Below are positions 38,202 through 47,690 of a DNA stretch of 64,000 nt, in pieces. The notes beneath the pieces were generated by a model. The model searched no databases. It saw only the letters and a program-made list of their open reading frames with translations, and had not been told where the DNA came from. Source of the DNA: Alphaproteobacteria bacterium (lineage in GTDB: Bacteria > Pseudomonadota > Alphaproteobacteria > UBA7985); contig CBFIBS010000002.1 in NCBI GenBank assembly GCA_965660945.1, positions 241,008-305,007 on the forward strand, read 5' to 3'. Made by a program: the position numbers and the translations under genes. Each line of letters begins with the position of its first letter. Positions within the stretch are counted from its first letter, which is position 1.

Positions 38202-39125
38202 ATGCGCGTCGATTGCCCGAACTGCGGAACCCTGTACGAGGTGCCTGAGATCCACTTCTCAGACGGCGCCCGCAAGGTCCGGTGCACCGAGTGCGGCTAT
38301 CGCTGGAACCAGTCTGTGACCAAGGCTCACTTCAACGAGGGGCGCAAGGACGCGCCGCTGCTGGACATGCTTGAGCCGGCGCTGGACATGGCGCGGGTCG
38401 ACGAAGGCGGCCGGGCAGATTTGGACCATGGCGCGGATCCTGATGAAAGCAGCGATGCCAGCACAAGCACCAGTGTCGGCGCCGATCTCAGCGCCCGCGC
38501 CGAAACACCCCAGACGGAACTGGCCGACACCGAGGCGAGCCCGGCCGCCGTCGCGGAGGACATCATCGTCACCCGACTCGACCCGGCGGCAGCGGAGACG
38601 ACTTTCGACGCACTCGAAGAGGCGCTGGCACCCCGGTCGGTCGACCGAAGGCAGCAGTTCTTTGAAGATATGGCGCGGCGGTGGCAGTGGGGATTGGGCG
38701 TCGTCGTAGCCATGGCGCTGCTGTCGATGCTGGTGCTCGGGCGTGAAGCTGTGGTGCAGACCGTGCCCCTGACGCAGGGCCTGTACCGGGGTCTTGGGCT
38801 GGAACCGTGGAGCGCGCTGCGTGGCTGGGACTTGTGTGTGGCGTCGACCGCATCCGGCACAGGCGAAGCGGGGGTGACGATCCACTATGACCTGCGCAAT
38901 ACCAGCGCGTTCCGGCGCTCGGCACCCGACTTCTTTGTGGTGACAGCGGGTGAGGATCCAGTCCGCGTTGACGGGCCCGCGCGCCCGGTCAGCAGCGGGC
39001 AGGACGTACGCGGTGAGATCCGGTTTGCAGTCGGCGACGGGGCTGTATCGGCTGGTCCCGGGCTTCAACTCGGTCTCGCGGGTCGGGAAGACCATCGCGA
39101 CATCCGGCTTTACGGCGCGTGCTGA
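38202..39125 (+). CDS. MJ0042-type zinc-ribbon protein with TM segment and DUF3426-like C-terminal domain (ZitP-like)
   Basis: The ORF track gives 38151..39125, with ATG at 38202. The N-terminus is MRVDCPNCGTLYEVPE...VRCTECGYRW. An acidic linker is followed by a single TM (WGLGVVVAMALLSMLVLG) and a beta-rich C-terminal domain. Confidence 0.7.
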   Translation: MRVDCPNCGTLYEVPEIHFSDGARKVRCTECGYRWNQSVTKAHFNEGRKDAPLLDMLEPALDMARVDEGGRADLDHGADPDESSDASTSTSVGADLSARAETPQTELADTEASPAAVAEDIIVTRLDPAAAETTFDALEEALAPRSVDRRQQFFEDMARRWQWGLGVVVAMALLSMLVLGREAVVQTVPLTQGLYRGLGLEPWSALRGWDLCVASTASGTGEAGVTIHYDLRNTSAFRRSAPDFFVVTAGEDPVRVDGPARPVSSGQDVRGEIRFAVGDGAVSAGPGLQLGLAGREDHRDIRLYGAC

Positions 39126-39184
39126 TGCGCGACGCTTGGCCCCGCTGCACGAAGCGCGGTCGGGGACAAGTCGGCGCAACCCGG

Positions 39185-39442
39185 TCAGAGGCCCAGCATG
39201 GCATCCAGCTTGCCCTGAAAATCCAGATCGAACAGATCATCGCTGCCACCGATATGCTGTCCATCGATGAAAATCTGCGGCACGGTCGTGCGACCACCAG
39301 AGCGCTGCACCATCTCTTCCTTGGCGCCGTCAACCTCCCAGATGTTGATGCGCCGGACGTCAACACCCTTGGACGACAGCAGTTGCTCCGCGCGCGCGCA
39401 GAAGCCGCAAAAATCCCGGTAGTACATTTCGATCGAAGTCAT
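39185..39442 (-). CDS. grxC: glutaredoxin 3
   Basis: 85 aa. The active site is CGFC and the motif GGRTTVPQIFIDGQHIGGSDDL is present. Confidence 0.9.
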   Translation of the reverse strand: MTSIEMYYRDFCGFCARAEQLLSSKGVDVRRINIWEVDGAKEEMVQRSGGRTTVPQIFIDGQHIGGSDDLFDLDFQGKLDAMLGL

Positions 39443-39452
39443 CCCTCTGGTC

Positions 39453-40394
39453 CTACAGCGGTTCGCTTACCCTGCTCAAGTGGTGGTTCCCGATCACCCG
39501 GGCGACCACGACCACACCGATACGTGCTACGCCGTGCGCGCGTAGCTCATCACAGAGGGCATGAATGGTGGCACCAGTGGTGTGCACGTCGTCAACAATC
39601 ACCACCGATCGCCCTTTCAATCCGGCACGGTACCTTTCGGGGACCAGAAAAGCATCGTGCACATTCTGCAGCCGCTCGCGCTGGCTCATGGCCTTCATTG
39701 GCGGCGTATTCCGTATCCGCACCACCCAGTCCGGGGCAAAGGTCGCCCCGGTCCGCCGCGCAAGCGCCTGAGCCAGCGCCGCCGACTGGTTGAAGCGCCT
39801 TGCCAGATGCCGCCGCCAGTGCAGCGGCACCGGCATCAACAAGTCCTGCTCGGCAATCAGCCCGCCGCTGACCAGCGCCATCCATCGGGTCAACGACGGC
39901 ACAACGTCCAGCCGGTCTCGGTACTTGAGCGCCAGCACCAGCGCCCGGCTACTGGCGTTGTAGGCGAAACTCGCGCGCATCCAATCGTAGGGTGGCGGGG
40001 CGGACAGGCAGGCGCCGCACCGTGGCGGCACCTCCGCCGACACCGCGTTCTCGCCTGCGATCAATGCGGTTGCGTCTGCGGATAGAACGGCCCCCGACAG
40101 CGGCCTGCCGCAGCAGTCGCACAAGGGCTGGGTCAGAAACTGCAGTTTCGGGAAACACGCGCTGCAAACCCCGTCCTCTGCCGCAATCATAGACAAACAC
40201 AGGCAGCACCGCGGCGGCAGAACCCAGTCCACCACTGCCCTAACGCCCGACCATACCGGCACAGAACGGCGACGCCGTGCCACTGCCGAGGGCGATGTGG
40301 CCGTCGACCCACCATCCGATCCACCATCTGACCGGCCTTTTTTCTCTGGCTCCGGATCAGCCTCAGAGTTGCGAAAGCGTCCGTCTGCATCCAT
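39453..40394 (-). CDS. comF: ComF family protein (phosphoribosyltransferase-like)
   Basis: The ORF track gives 39453..40487. The start is uncertain: ATG 40394 was chosen to avoid overlap with the divergent gene. There is an N-terminal double CxxC zinc finger (PPRCCLC...CSAC...CDCCG) and a PRT motif VVIVDDVHTTGAT. Confidence 0.8.
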   Translation of the reverse strand: MDADGRFRNSEADPEPEKKGRSDGGSDGGSTATSPSAVARRRRSVPVWSGVRAVVDWVLPPRCCLCLSMIAAEDGVCSACFPKLQFLTQPLCDCCGRPLSGAVLSADATALIAGENAVSAEVPPRCGACLSAPPPYDWMRASFAYNASSRALVLALKYRDRLDVVPSLTRWMALVSGGLIAEQDLLMPVPLHWRRHLARRFNQSAALAQALARRTGATFAPDWVVRIRNTPPMKAMSQRERLQNVHDAFLVPERYRAGLKGRSVVIVDDVHTTGATIHALCDELRAHGVARIGVVVVARVIGNHHLSRVSEPL

Positions 40395-40443
40395 ATCCTG
40401 CACGATCGGCGAGCCCTGCTCCAAATTCAACCAAAGCGATATT

Positions 40444-41337
40444 ATGGTCGATTCTTTCGCGCCAAAGGTGTTCGACGGATACGCCAAGCGCCTTCAGATC
40501 CGGCGAGCGCGCCACAGCGACCCGCGCCACCATTTCCTGCACCGCGAAGTCGCAGAGCGGCTGGCCGACCGGCTGCTCGACCTCGAACAGCGCTTCGAAA
40601 CCATCGCCGTGCTGGGCTGGTGGCCGGGGGGCGTGCGTGAGTTCCTGCCGCCCCGGCTGCAGCAGGCCCTCGACGACGGCCAACTGCAGCTGGTCGACCT
40701 GAGCTTCGACCACGGCACCGCCGAGGCCGATACCGAGTTTCTTCCGCTGCGCCCAGCGTCTTTCGATCTGATCCTCTCCAACATGGCCCTGCACTGGGTC
40801 AACGACCTGCCGGGGATGCTCGCGCAGATCCGGACGGCGCTGCGCCCCGACGGGGTGTTTCTGGGCAGCGCGCTGGGCGGTGAAACGCTGTACGAACTGC
40901 GCGCCGCCTTCGTCGAGGCCGAAACCCGGATCAGCGGCGGTTACAGCCCGCGCGTTTCTCCGGTCATGGACTTGCGCGACGCCGCCGGGTTGTTGCAGCG
41001 TGCCGGCTTCAGCCTGCCGGTCGCTGATATCGACCGGGTGCTGGTCTCCTACCAGAACCCCATGAGCCTGCTCGAAGACCTGCGCGGCATGGGCGAGTCA
41101 AACGCCGTCGTCGGCCGGAGCCCGAGTCTGACCGCGCGCCGCGTGCTGTTCGGCGCGCTCGAGCACTACATCACCGCCTTCGGTGATGACAGCGGCGCCG
41201 TACCGGCAACCTTTGACTGCCTGTTCCTCTCCGGCTGGGCACCCCATATGTCACAGCAGAAACCGCTGCGCCCGGGTAGCGCCGAGTTCAGCCTCGCCGA
41301 AGCCCTTGGCGCCAAAGAACAGCCGCTGAAATCCTGA
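40444..41337 (+). CDS. class I SAM-dependent methyltransferase (BioC/NDUFAF5-like)
   Basis: The ORF track gives 40297..41337, with ATG at 40444. It has the conserved alphaproteobacterial position divergent from comF-grxC. Motifs are FLHREVAERLADRL and SNMALHWVNDLPG. Confidence 0.75.
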   Translation: MVDSFAPKVFDGYAKRLQIRRARHSDPRHHFLHREVAERLADRLLDLEQRFETIAVLGWWPGGVREFLPPRLQQALDDGQLQLVDLSFDHGTAEADTEFLPLRPASFDLILSNMALHWVNDLPGMLAQIRTALRPDGVFLGSALGGETLYELRAAFVEAETRISGGYSPRVSPVMDLRDAAGLLQRAGFSLPVADIDRVLVSYQNPMSLLEDLRGMGESNAVVGRSPSLTARRVLFGALEHYITAFGDDSGAVPATFDCLFLSGWAPHMSQQKPLRPGSAEFSLAEALGAKEQPLKS

Positions 41338-41408
41338 ACCGGACCCAACCAAACCCAGCCCAGCCCTTGCTGCCCCCGACCAACCCCAGACCCATAACGA
41401 GACCGATC

Positions 41409-43304
41409 GTGACCACTCAGACCCATAGCTTTCAGGCCGAAACCGCACGCCTGCTGAACCTCGTCGCAACCGCGCTGTATTCCGAGCGCGAAGTCTTCCT
41501 GCGCGAGCTGATCTCCAACGCCTCGGACGCCTGCGACAAGCGACGCTTCCTGGCCCAGCAGCAGGCCGACCTGCTCGACGCAGATGCAAGCCTGAAAATC
41601 CTGATCGCCGCCAGCCGGGATGCGGGCACCCTCGCCATCACCGACGGCGGCATCGGCATGGACCACGACGACCTGATGGCCAACCTCGGCACCATCGCAA
41701 AGTCAGGCACCGCCGACTTTGCCGCCGCCATGGCGGAGAGCAAGGACGCCAGCGCACTGATCGGCCAGTTCGGGGTCGGCTTCTACAGCGCTTTCATGGT
41801 CGCCGACCGCGTCACGGTCGACACTCGCAAGGCCGGTACCGACGACGCCTTCCGATGGGAGAGCACGGGCGATGGCAGCTTCACCATCACCGATATCGAC
41901 GGCACCGAAACCCCCATCGGCACCACCATCGTCCTGCACCTGAAGGAAGACGCCCACGAGTTCCTCGAGGCTTATCGCCTGCAGGCTCTGATCCGGCTCT
42001 ACGCGGATCATATGACCTTCCCGGTCAGCCTGCTGTCCGAGGACGGCGAAGCCGAGCAGATCAACGAGGCGCAGGCGCTGTGGCTGCGTCCGAAAGCGGA
42101 GATCACCGACGAGCAACACAAGGCCTTCTACAACCACGTCGCCGGCACGTTCGACGAACCGTGGGAGACCCTGCACCTCAACCTCGAAGGCCAGCTCGAG
42201 TACACCGCCCTGCTGTATCTGCCGACCCAGCGCCCCTTCGACCTGTTCCAGCCCGAGCGCCGCTGCCAGATCAAGCTGTTCGTCCGACGGGTGTTCATCA
42301 CCGATGATGCGCCGGAGCTGCTACCGGCCTACCTGCGGTTCGTTCGCGGCCTGATCGACAGCCAGGATCTGCCGCTGAACATCAGCCGTGAAATGCTGCA
42401 GAACGCCCCGCAGCTGCAGGTCATAAACCGGCAGCTGACCAAGCGCGTGCTGTCCACGCTCGCCAAGCGCAAGAAGGACGACCCCGAGGGCTACGACCAG
42501 TTCTGGGAGGCCTTCGGTGCTGTCCTGAAAGAAGGGCTGTACGAGGACCGCGACCGCGGCGAAGACATCCTTCCGCTGGTTCGGTTCAAGTCGACCACAC
42601 AGGACGGGCTGACCGACCTCGACGGCTATCTGGGCCGGATGAAAGAGGGGCAGACTCAGATCTTTTACGCTACCGGTGAGAGCGAAGCCTCGATCCTCGC
42701 CTCGCCCCACCTTGAGGGCTTCCGCGCCCGGGGGCTGGAGGTGCTGATCGCCGCCGATGCGGTCGACGCCTTCTGGATCCCGACCACCGGAGCCTATGAG
42801 GGCAAGTCCTTCGTCTCCATCACCCACGGCGCCGCCGACCTGTCGGCCTTTGCGGCCGATGCTGGTGCAGACGCGGAGACTGGCGGCACTGACGGTAAGG
42901 CCGACGCCAGCGCCGAGGCCACCGACCCGGGCGAACTGATTGCCTGGCTCAAGACCCGCTTTGATCAGGACGTGGTTGACATCCGCCCGACCGACCGCCT
43001 CGCCGACAGCCCAGCCTGCTTCGTCGCGTCGGAAAGCAGCATGGACATGCAGCTCTCCAAGATCCTCAAGGCCAGCGGTCAGGATGCAGGTGCCGCCCAG
43101 CGCGTGCTAGAGATCAATCCCCGGCATCCGCTGGTCGCCTCGCTCGCTACGGAAATCAGCAGCGCACCGGGCTCAACCCGCGCGGAGCAGGTCGCCGACC
43201 TGCTGTTCGACATGGCGCTGGTGGTCGAGGGCGAGGCCCCGCGCAACCCCGGCACCTTCGCCAAAGCACTGGCACAGGTGCTCGACGGCGCGCTCAAGGG
43301 CTGA
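41409..43304 (+). CDS. htpG: molecular chaperone HtpG (Hsp90)
   Basis: The ORF track starts at TTG 41367. GTG 41409 gives the canonical short N-terminus before FQAE. Motifs are LRELISNASDA and GQFGVGFYSAF. Confidence 0.97.
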   Translation: MTTQTHSFQAETARLLNLVATALYSEREVFLRELISNASDACDKRRFLAQQQADLLDADASLKILIAASRDAGTLAITDGGIGMDHDDLMANLGTIAKSGTADFAAAMAESKDASALIGQFGVGFYSAFMVADRVTVDTRKAGTDDAFRWESTGDGSFTITDIDGTETPIGTTIVLHLKEDAHEFLEAYRLQALIRLYADHMTFPVSLLSEDGEAEQINEAQALWLRPKAEITDEQHKAFYNHVAGTFDEPWETLHLNLEGQLEYTALLYLPTQRPFDLFQPERRCQIKLFVRRVFITDDAPELLPAYLRFVRGLIDSQDLPLNISREMLQNAPQLQVINRQLTKRVLSTLAKRKKDDPEGYDQFWEAFGAVLKEGLYEDRDRGEDILPLVRFKSTTQDGLTDLDGYLGRMKEGQTQIFYATGESEASILASPHLEGFRARGLEVLIAADAVDAFWIPTTGAYEGKSFVSITHGAADLSAFAADAGADAETGGTDGKADASAEATDPGELIAWLKTRFDQDVVDIRPTDRLADSPACFVASESSMDMQLSKILKASGQDAGAAQRVLEINPRHPLVASLATEISSAPGSTRAEQVADLLFDMALVVEGEAPRNPGTFAKALAQVLDGALKG

Positions 43305-43331
43305 AGGCCAGCCGAAAGCCTTACGGCCGCC

Positions 43332-44066
43332 TCACTGCATGTGGGCGATGCTGGCCAGAATGGTACCGTCGCCGCGATGCTGGACCAGCAGGGCAATGCC
43401 ATAGCCGATCCGAGGCGGCCAGGCGATACGGCGACCCTCGCCGCGCCAGTCGCCGAGGTGCTTGATGTCCCGGACCACGTGGCGATAGGCCAGGGTCCGA
43501 CCGGCGTTCTCGCCTGATTTGATGTGGGTCTCATGGCGGTGGTCAAAGTGCACCAACCAGAGATCTGCGATGCCGTTCAGGCTGCGGGTTTCGGGCAGGT
43601 AGATCCAATCTTGGTCCGTCTTGAACATGATCGGATCGCCCTTGTAGGCCATCAGATCCTGATCCAGCAGACTAGTGCGCCCATCGGGAGACCAGTTGCC
43701 GCCCACCACGAACTGCGGGGTGAAGATGTAGCGCTTGGCGAGCACGTGGCGGTAGTACTTTTGCCGGTGGGTTGCGCTCTCGCTGGCGAAGGGATCACGC
43801 CAGCCGATGTAGTCCCAGTAGTCGACGTGGAACGACAACCCCAGCACGCCGGGCATATCCGCCAGCTCCTCGAGCTCCATGTCGGCAGGTGGGCAGGAGT
43901 GGCAGCCCTGACTGGTGAACAGCTCGATGACCAGTGGGTTGATCTGGAACGTCGGCCACTGACCCCAGGTCTGCGCTCCGGCCGTCGGCACCAGCGACAC
44001 GGGCGCAAGCGCAAGGCCCAAGCCCAGCACCAGTCGCGCCCAAATCAATCGCCAGCCGTTCATCAA
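43332..44066 (-). CDS. DUF1223 family thioredoxin-fold protein, secreted
   Basis: 244 aa with a signal peptide. Motifs are ELFTSQGCHSCPPAD and HVDYWDYIGWRDPF. Confidence 0.8.
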   Translation of the reverse strand: MMNGWRLIWARLVLGLGLALAPVSLVPTAGAQTWGQWPTFQINPLVIELFTSQGCHSCPPADMELEELADMPGVLGLSFHVDYWDYIGWRDPFASESATHRQKYYRHVLAKRYIFTPQFVVGGNWSPDGRTSLLDQDLMAYKGDPIMFKTDQDWIYLPETRSLNGIADLWLVHFDHRHETHIKSGENAGRTLAYRHVVRDIKHLGDWRGEGRRIAWPPRIGYGIALLVQHRGDGTILASIAHMQ

Positions 44067-44327
44067 TATCCGTTTCCCAACTCAAATATCGCCGCGTGAT
44101 TCATAAGCAAAGTCGTATACCGACTCAAATGTCTCACGATTAGGTTGCGCCTAGATACATGCTTATCGGGCGCACCGCCATTCACAAGCCCTTGTTCGGG
44201 GTGCGGATTGTCTCAGGGGCGCAGACGCGGAAGGCTCAGGCCAGAGCAAGGGCCAAAGCAAGGGCCACGTCTAAGGCTGAGGTTGAGCTTGAGGTTGGGG
44301 CAGGGCCTGAACCCGTCCCCAGACGCC

Positions 44328-45719
44328 TCAGAACATGGAGGCTGTCCGATAGACGTGGCGGATGTCGCCATCCCATGGCCCCTCAAAGGCTGCGATCAGC
44401 TGATCGGCTGGCGACTGACCGGCTTCGAGCCAGCGCGCGAGAGGTTCCAGCGCTGCCGTCTCATCGCTCTCACCTTCTGGCCCGGGGATCGCCCGCCGAC
44501 GCAGGCCCGCCTCAGCCACTGCCAGCAGTTCACGGGCAATATCGAGCACCGGCCGACCCGCAATCTCTGCACTCAGGCCGAGCCGCGACACGTCGCGAAG
44601 CAGCTGCTGCCGGTCCGCCCGCGTCCAGCCCGCGATCAGGTCCGCCGCCGCCTGCAGGCTATCGGCGTCATAGAGCAACCCGGTCCAGAGGGCGGACAGG
44701 GCAACGACGTGATCAACCGGCCCCGCATCGCCGCCGCGCATTTCGAGGAATGACTTGAGGCGAACCTCGGGGAACAGCGTGGTCAGATGGTCGTCCCAGT
44801 CCGACTTCAGCGGCATCTCGCCGGGGCGCAGCGGCAGCTTGCGCGCCATGAAATCCCGGAACGACAGCCCGCTTGCGTCCAGATACACGCCATCGCGGTG
44901 GACAAAGTACATAGGCACATCAAGAGCGTAGTCGACGTAGCGCTCGAAACCCATGCCGTCTTCAAAGGCGAAGTCTATGCCGCCGGTGCGGTCGGGGTCC
45001 GTATCCTGCCAGATCGCGGAGCGGAACGAGCGATAACCGTTGAGCTTCCCGCCGGAAAACGGCGAGTTGGCAAACATGGCGGTCGCGACCGGCTGCAGCG
45101 CGAGGCTGACGCGCAGCTTGCGCACCATGTCCGCCTCGGATGAGAAATCCAGATTGACCTGCACGGTGGCGGTCGACTTCATCATGTCGAGCCCGAGCTG
45201 GCCCTTCTTCTGCATGTAGGCGCCCATGATGCGGTAGCGCGCCTTAGGCATCCACGGCACCTGATCGCGGGTCAGTTCGGGCTGGTAGCCCAGACCCAGC
45301 GCGCCGAGGCCGAGGCGCTGACACAGCGTACCGATCTCACCGACGTGCTTCAGGGTCTCTGCCCGTGTCTGGTGCAGGTCGGAAAAGACCGCCCCGGACA
45401 GCTCGAACTGGCCACCGGGCTCAAGGGTGATGTTGGCACCCTCCCGGGTCAGGGCGATGACGTTCTCGCCTTCGTAAAGAGGGGTCCAGCCAAATTCGGA
45501 GACAAGAGCACTGAAAAGCGTCTGAATATCGCCTGCACCGCCGGCGGCGGCGTCCCGCGCGAAGGGAACTGCGTTGAAGTCACGGAGGTCGTAGAGAAAC
45601 TTTTCATGCTCCGTACCGATCCGCCACTGTGATGCTGGCTTGCAGCCCTTTTCGAGCGCAAGGACAAGGTCATCACGGCTTTGGATGGGTTGGGAAATCC
45701 CGGTCGGTGGAGCAGACAA
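44328..45719 (-). CDS. gshA: glutamate--cysteine ligase, plant/alphaproteobacterial type (GCS2)
   Basis: 463 aa. GCS2-family motifs are RIGTEHEKF, ITLEPGGQFELSG and FLEMRGGD. Confidence 0.9.
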   Translation of the reverse strand: MSAPPTGISQPIQSRDDLVLALEKGCKPASQWRIGTEHEKFLYDLRDFNAVPFARDAAAGGAGDIQTLFSALVSEFGWTPLYEGENVIALTREGANITLEPGGQFELSGAVFSDLHQTRAETLKHVGEIGTLCQRLGLGALGLGYQPELTRDQVPWMPKARYRIMGAYMQKKGQLGLDMMKSTATVQVNLDFSSEADMVRKLRVSLALQPVATAMFANSPFSGGKLNGYRSFRSAIWQDTDPDRTGGIDFAFEDGMGFERYVDYALDVPMYFVHRDGVYLDASGLSFRDFMARKLPLRPGEMPLKSDWDDHLTTLFPEVRLKSFLEMRGGDAGPVDHVVALSALWTGLLYDADSLQAAADLIAGWTRADRQQLLRDVSRLGLSAEIAGRPVLDIARELLAVAEAGLRRRAIPGPEGESDETAALEPLARWLEAGQSPADQLIAAFEGPWDGDIRHVYRTASMF

Positions 45720-45795
45720 CGACTGTACCTTTTCTGAGCTCTATCTTGTGCAGATGGTCGGATGTCGCTGCACCGTCAAGACAAACAAAGGCTCG

Positions 45796-46557
45796 TTAGT
45801 GTCTGGCTGATCCCCGAAAATCGGGATGCTTGTCCCCGTCTCCGACAAGCGCCTGAAAAACCGCAATCAGGGCGATTGCCGCCGTCTCAGCCTTAAGCAC
45901 GCGCGGGCCGAGGCTAAGGCCGAAAACATTATCCTGATCCGCAAGCCATTGGACCTCGTCAGGGTGGAAGCCACCTTCCGGCCCGACCAGCAGCGCGCTG
46001 GGCGGCTCCGGCTGGAGCTGCTGCACCACCGGGGAGAAGCCACCCGCTTCGAAAGCAGCCCCGATCCGCCCCCCGAACCCCCGCACCGCCTCGCGCAGCG
46101 GCAAGGGCTGTTCGAGGCTGGGGATGGTCAGGCGTTCGCACTGCTCCGCCGCCTCCACCATGATCGTCTGCAGCCGCTCGGGGCGCAGGCGCTCGGACTG
46201 CGTATGCTCGGTAATCACAGGCTGGAAGCGGGTCACTCCCAGCTCGGTCCCCTTGGCCAGAATCCACTCCATCGGCGTTCGCTTGATCGGCGCGAACATC
46301 AGGGTCAGCGGGCGCTCAGGCTCGAAGTCGGCAATCGTCTCCCGCAGATCGACCCAGGCGGCTTTCTTGCCCAGTGTGGTAATGACCGCGCGAAACTCGG
46401 GGCCCCTGCCGTTGAACAGCCCCAGTTCAGAGCCGACTTCACGCCGCAGAACGTTGCGCAGGTAGTGCGCCTGCGCCTGGGCAAGCTCGAAAGCCTGACC
46501 TGCTGCCAGCTCCCCTTCAACGAAGAGGCGGATTGTGGGACGATCGGGTTTGGTCAT
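45796..46557 (-). CDS. rsmE: 16S rRNA (uracil1498-N3)-methyltransferase
   Basis: 253 aa. It has an N-terminal PUA-like region (HYLRNVLR) and a SPOUT C-terminal motif (GPEGGF...LGPRVLKAETA). Confidence 0.9.
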   Translation of the reverse strand: MTKPDRPTIRLFVEGELAAGQAFELAQAQAHYLRNVLRREVGSELGLFNGRGPEFRAVITTLGKKAAWVDLRETIADFEPERPLTLMFAPIKRTPMEWILAKGTELGVTRFQPVITEHTQSERLRPERLQTIMVEAAEQCERLTIPSLEQPLPLREAVRGFGGRIGAAFEAGGFSPVVQQLQPEPPSALLVGPEGGFHPDEVQWLADQDNVFGLSLGPRVLKAETAAIALIAVFQALVGDGDKHPDFRGSARH

Positions 46558-46601
46558 TCTTGCTCACTGGGCCCGCGTTGATCGAAAAGGCAGCCTCACC
46601 C

Positions 46602-47597
46602 ATGGCAAACAATCCGGACGATTTGAAGCCCCGGTTCACGGATATTCAGAGCCAGACGTGGTTTGACCGGGTCCTGCCAGGCTGGACCCGGCCGTTCACA
46701 CGGCTGATGCGGCTCGACCGGCCGATCGGCGCCTATCTGCTCTACATCCCCGGTCTGTGGGGCGTGCTGCTGGCCGCTCTGGCGTCCCGCAATGCCGCAG
46801 ACGTCGATGCAGGCATCGCGGGTGACGGCGCCAGCCTGCTGCGGGTGCTGTGGATCGGCGGTTTGCTGTTCGTCGGCTCCATCATCATGCGCGGGGCGGG
46901 TTGTGTGATCAACGACATGTGGGACCGCGACCTCGACCGGCAGGTTGAACGGACCGCTGGGCGGCCGCTGGCCTCCGGCGCTGTCAGCCTGCGGCAGGCG
47001 GGCCTGTTCCTCGCCCTGCTGCTCGGTCTGGGACTGCTGATCCTGCTGCAGATGCGGCCGCTGGGCATCCTGCTCGGGGTAGTGTCGCTGCTTCCGGTCG
47101 TGCTCTATCCGCTGGCTAAGCGGGTCACGGACTACCCGCAAGCGGTGCTCGGCCTGACCTTCAACTTCGGCGCCCTGATCGGCTGGGCGGCGATCAGCAA
47201 CGAGGTCTCGCCCGCCATGGTTCTGCTCTATCTGGGCTGCTGGGCCTGGACCTTTGGCTACGACACCATTTACGCGCATCAGGACAAGGCCGACGACGCC
47301 ATCATCGGCGTCCGATCGACCGCGCTCGCCTTTGGCGGCAACAGCAAGCTGGCAATCCGCTTGTCCTACATCGTTGCGCTGGTGCTGTGGTTCCTGTCGC
47401 TGGCGCTGGTAGCCGACGGCCTGCCCTTCTGGATTAGTCTGTTCGGCCTGATCGCTATTGGGGTCCGCATGATGGTGCAGGTGCAGCGGACTGACCTCGA
47501 CAGCCCGACGGACAGCCTGCGCGCCTTCAAGGGCGAGCAATGGACCGGCTGGATCTGGGCGGCAGTGCTGATGCTGGCGCTGGTTCTGGCGGGCTAA
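46602..47597 (+). CDS. ubiA: 4-hydroxybenzoate polyprenyltransferase
   Basis: The ORF track gives 46533..47597, with ATG at 46602. It has the UbiA Asp-rich motifs NDMWDRDLD and YAHQDKADD and multiple TM segments. Confidence 0.92.
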   Translation: MANNPDDLKPRFTDIQSQTWFDRVLPGWTRPFTRLMRLDRPIGAYLLYIPGLWGVLLAALASRNAADVDAGIAGDGASLLRVLWIGGLLFVGSIIMRGAGCVINDMWDRDLDRQVERTAGRPLASGAVSLRQAGLFLALLLGLGLLILLQMRPLGILLGVVSLLPVVLYPLAKRVTDYPQAVLGLTFNFGALIGWAAISNEVSPAMVLLYLGCWAWTFGYDTIYAHQDKADDAIIGVRSTALAFGGNSKLAIRLSYIVALVLWFLSLALVADGLPFWISLFGLIAIGVRMMVQVQRTDLDSPTDSLRAFKGEQWTGWIWAAVLMLALVLAG

Positions 47598-47690
47598 AAC
47601 AGCCGATCCGCCCGCAAGGCTTTTCCGGCAGCTGTGGCGTAAAGAGCGCAGATTTCAGAGGTCGGGTCGCCGCCCCTTCGCCCCCGCCGC

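Noticed and set aside
41360-41405. Sigma-32-like CTTG ... CCCATAA upstream of htpG
   Set aside because: The spacer between CTTG and CCCATAA is about 21 nt, which is longer than the 16-18 nt expected. The -10-like element also mismatches the consensus I remember. This is too weak to report as a feature.
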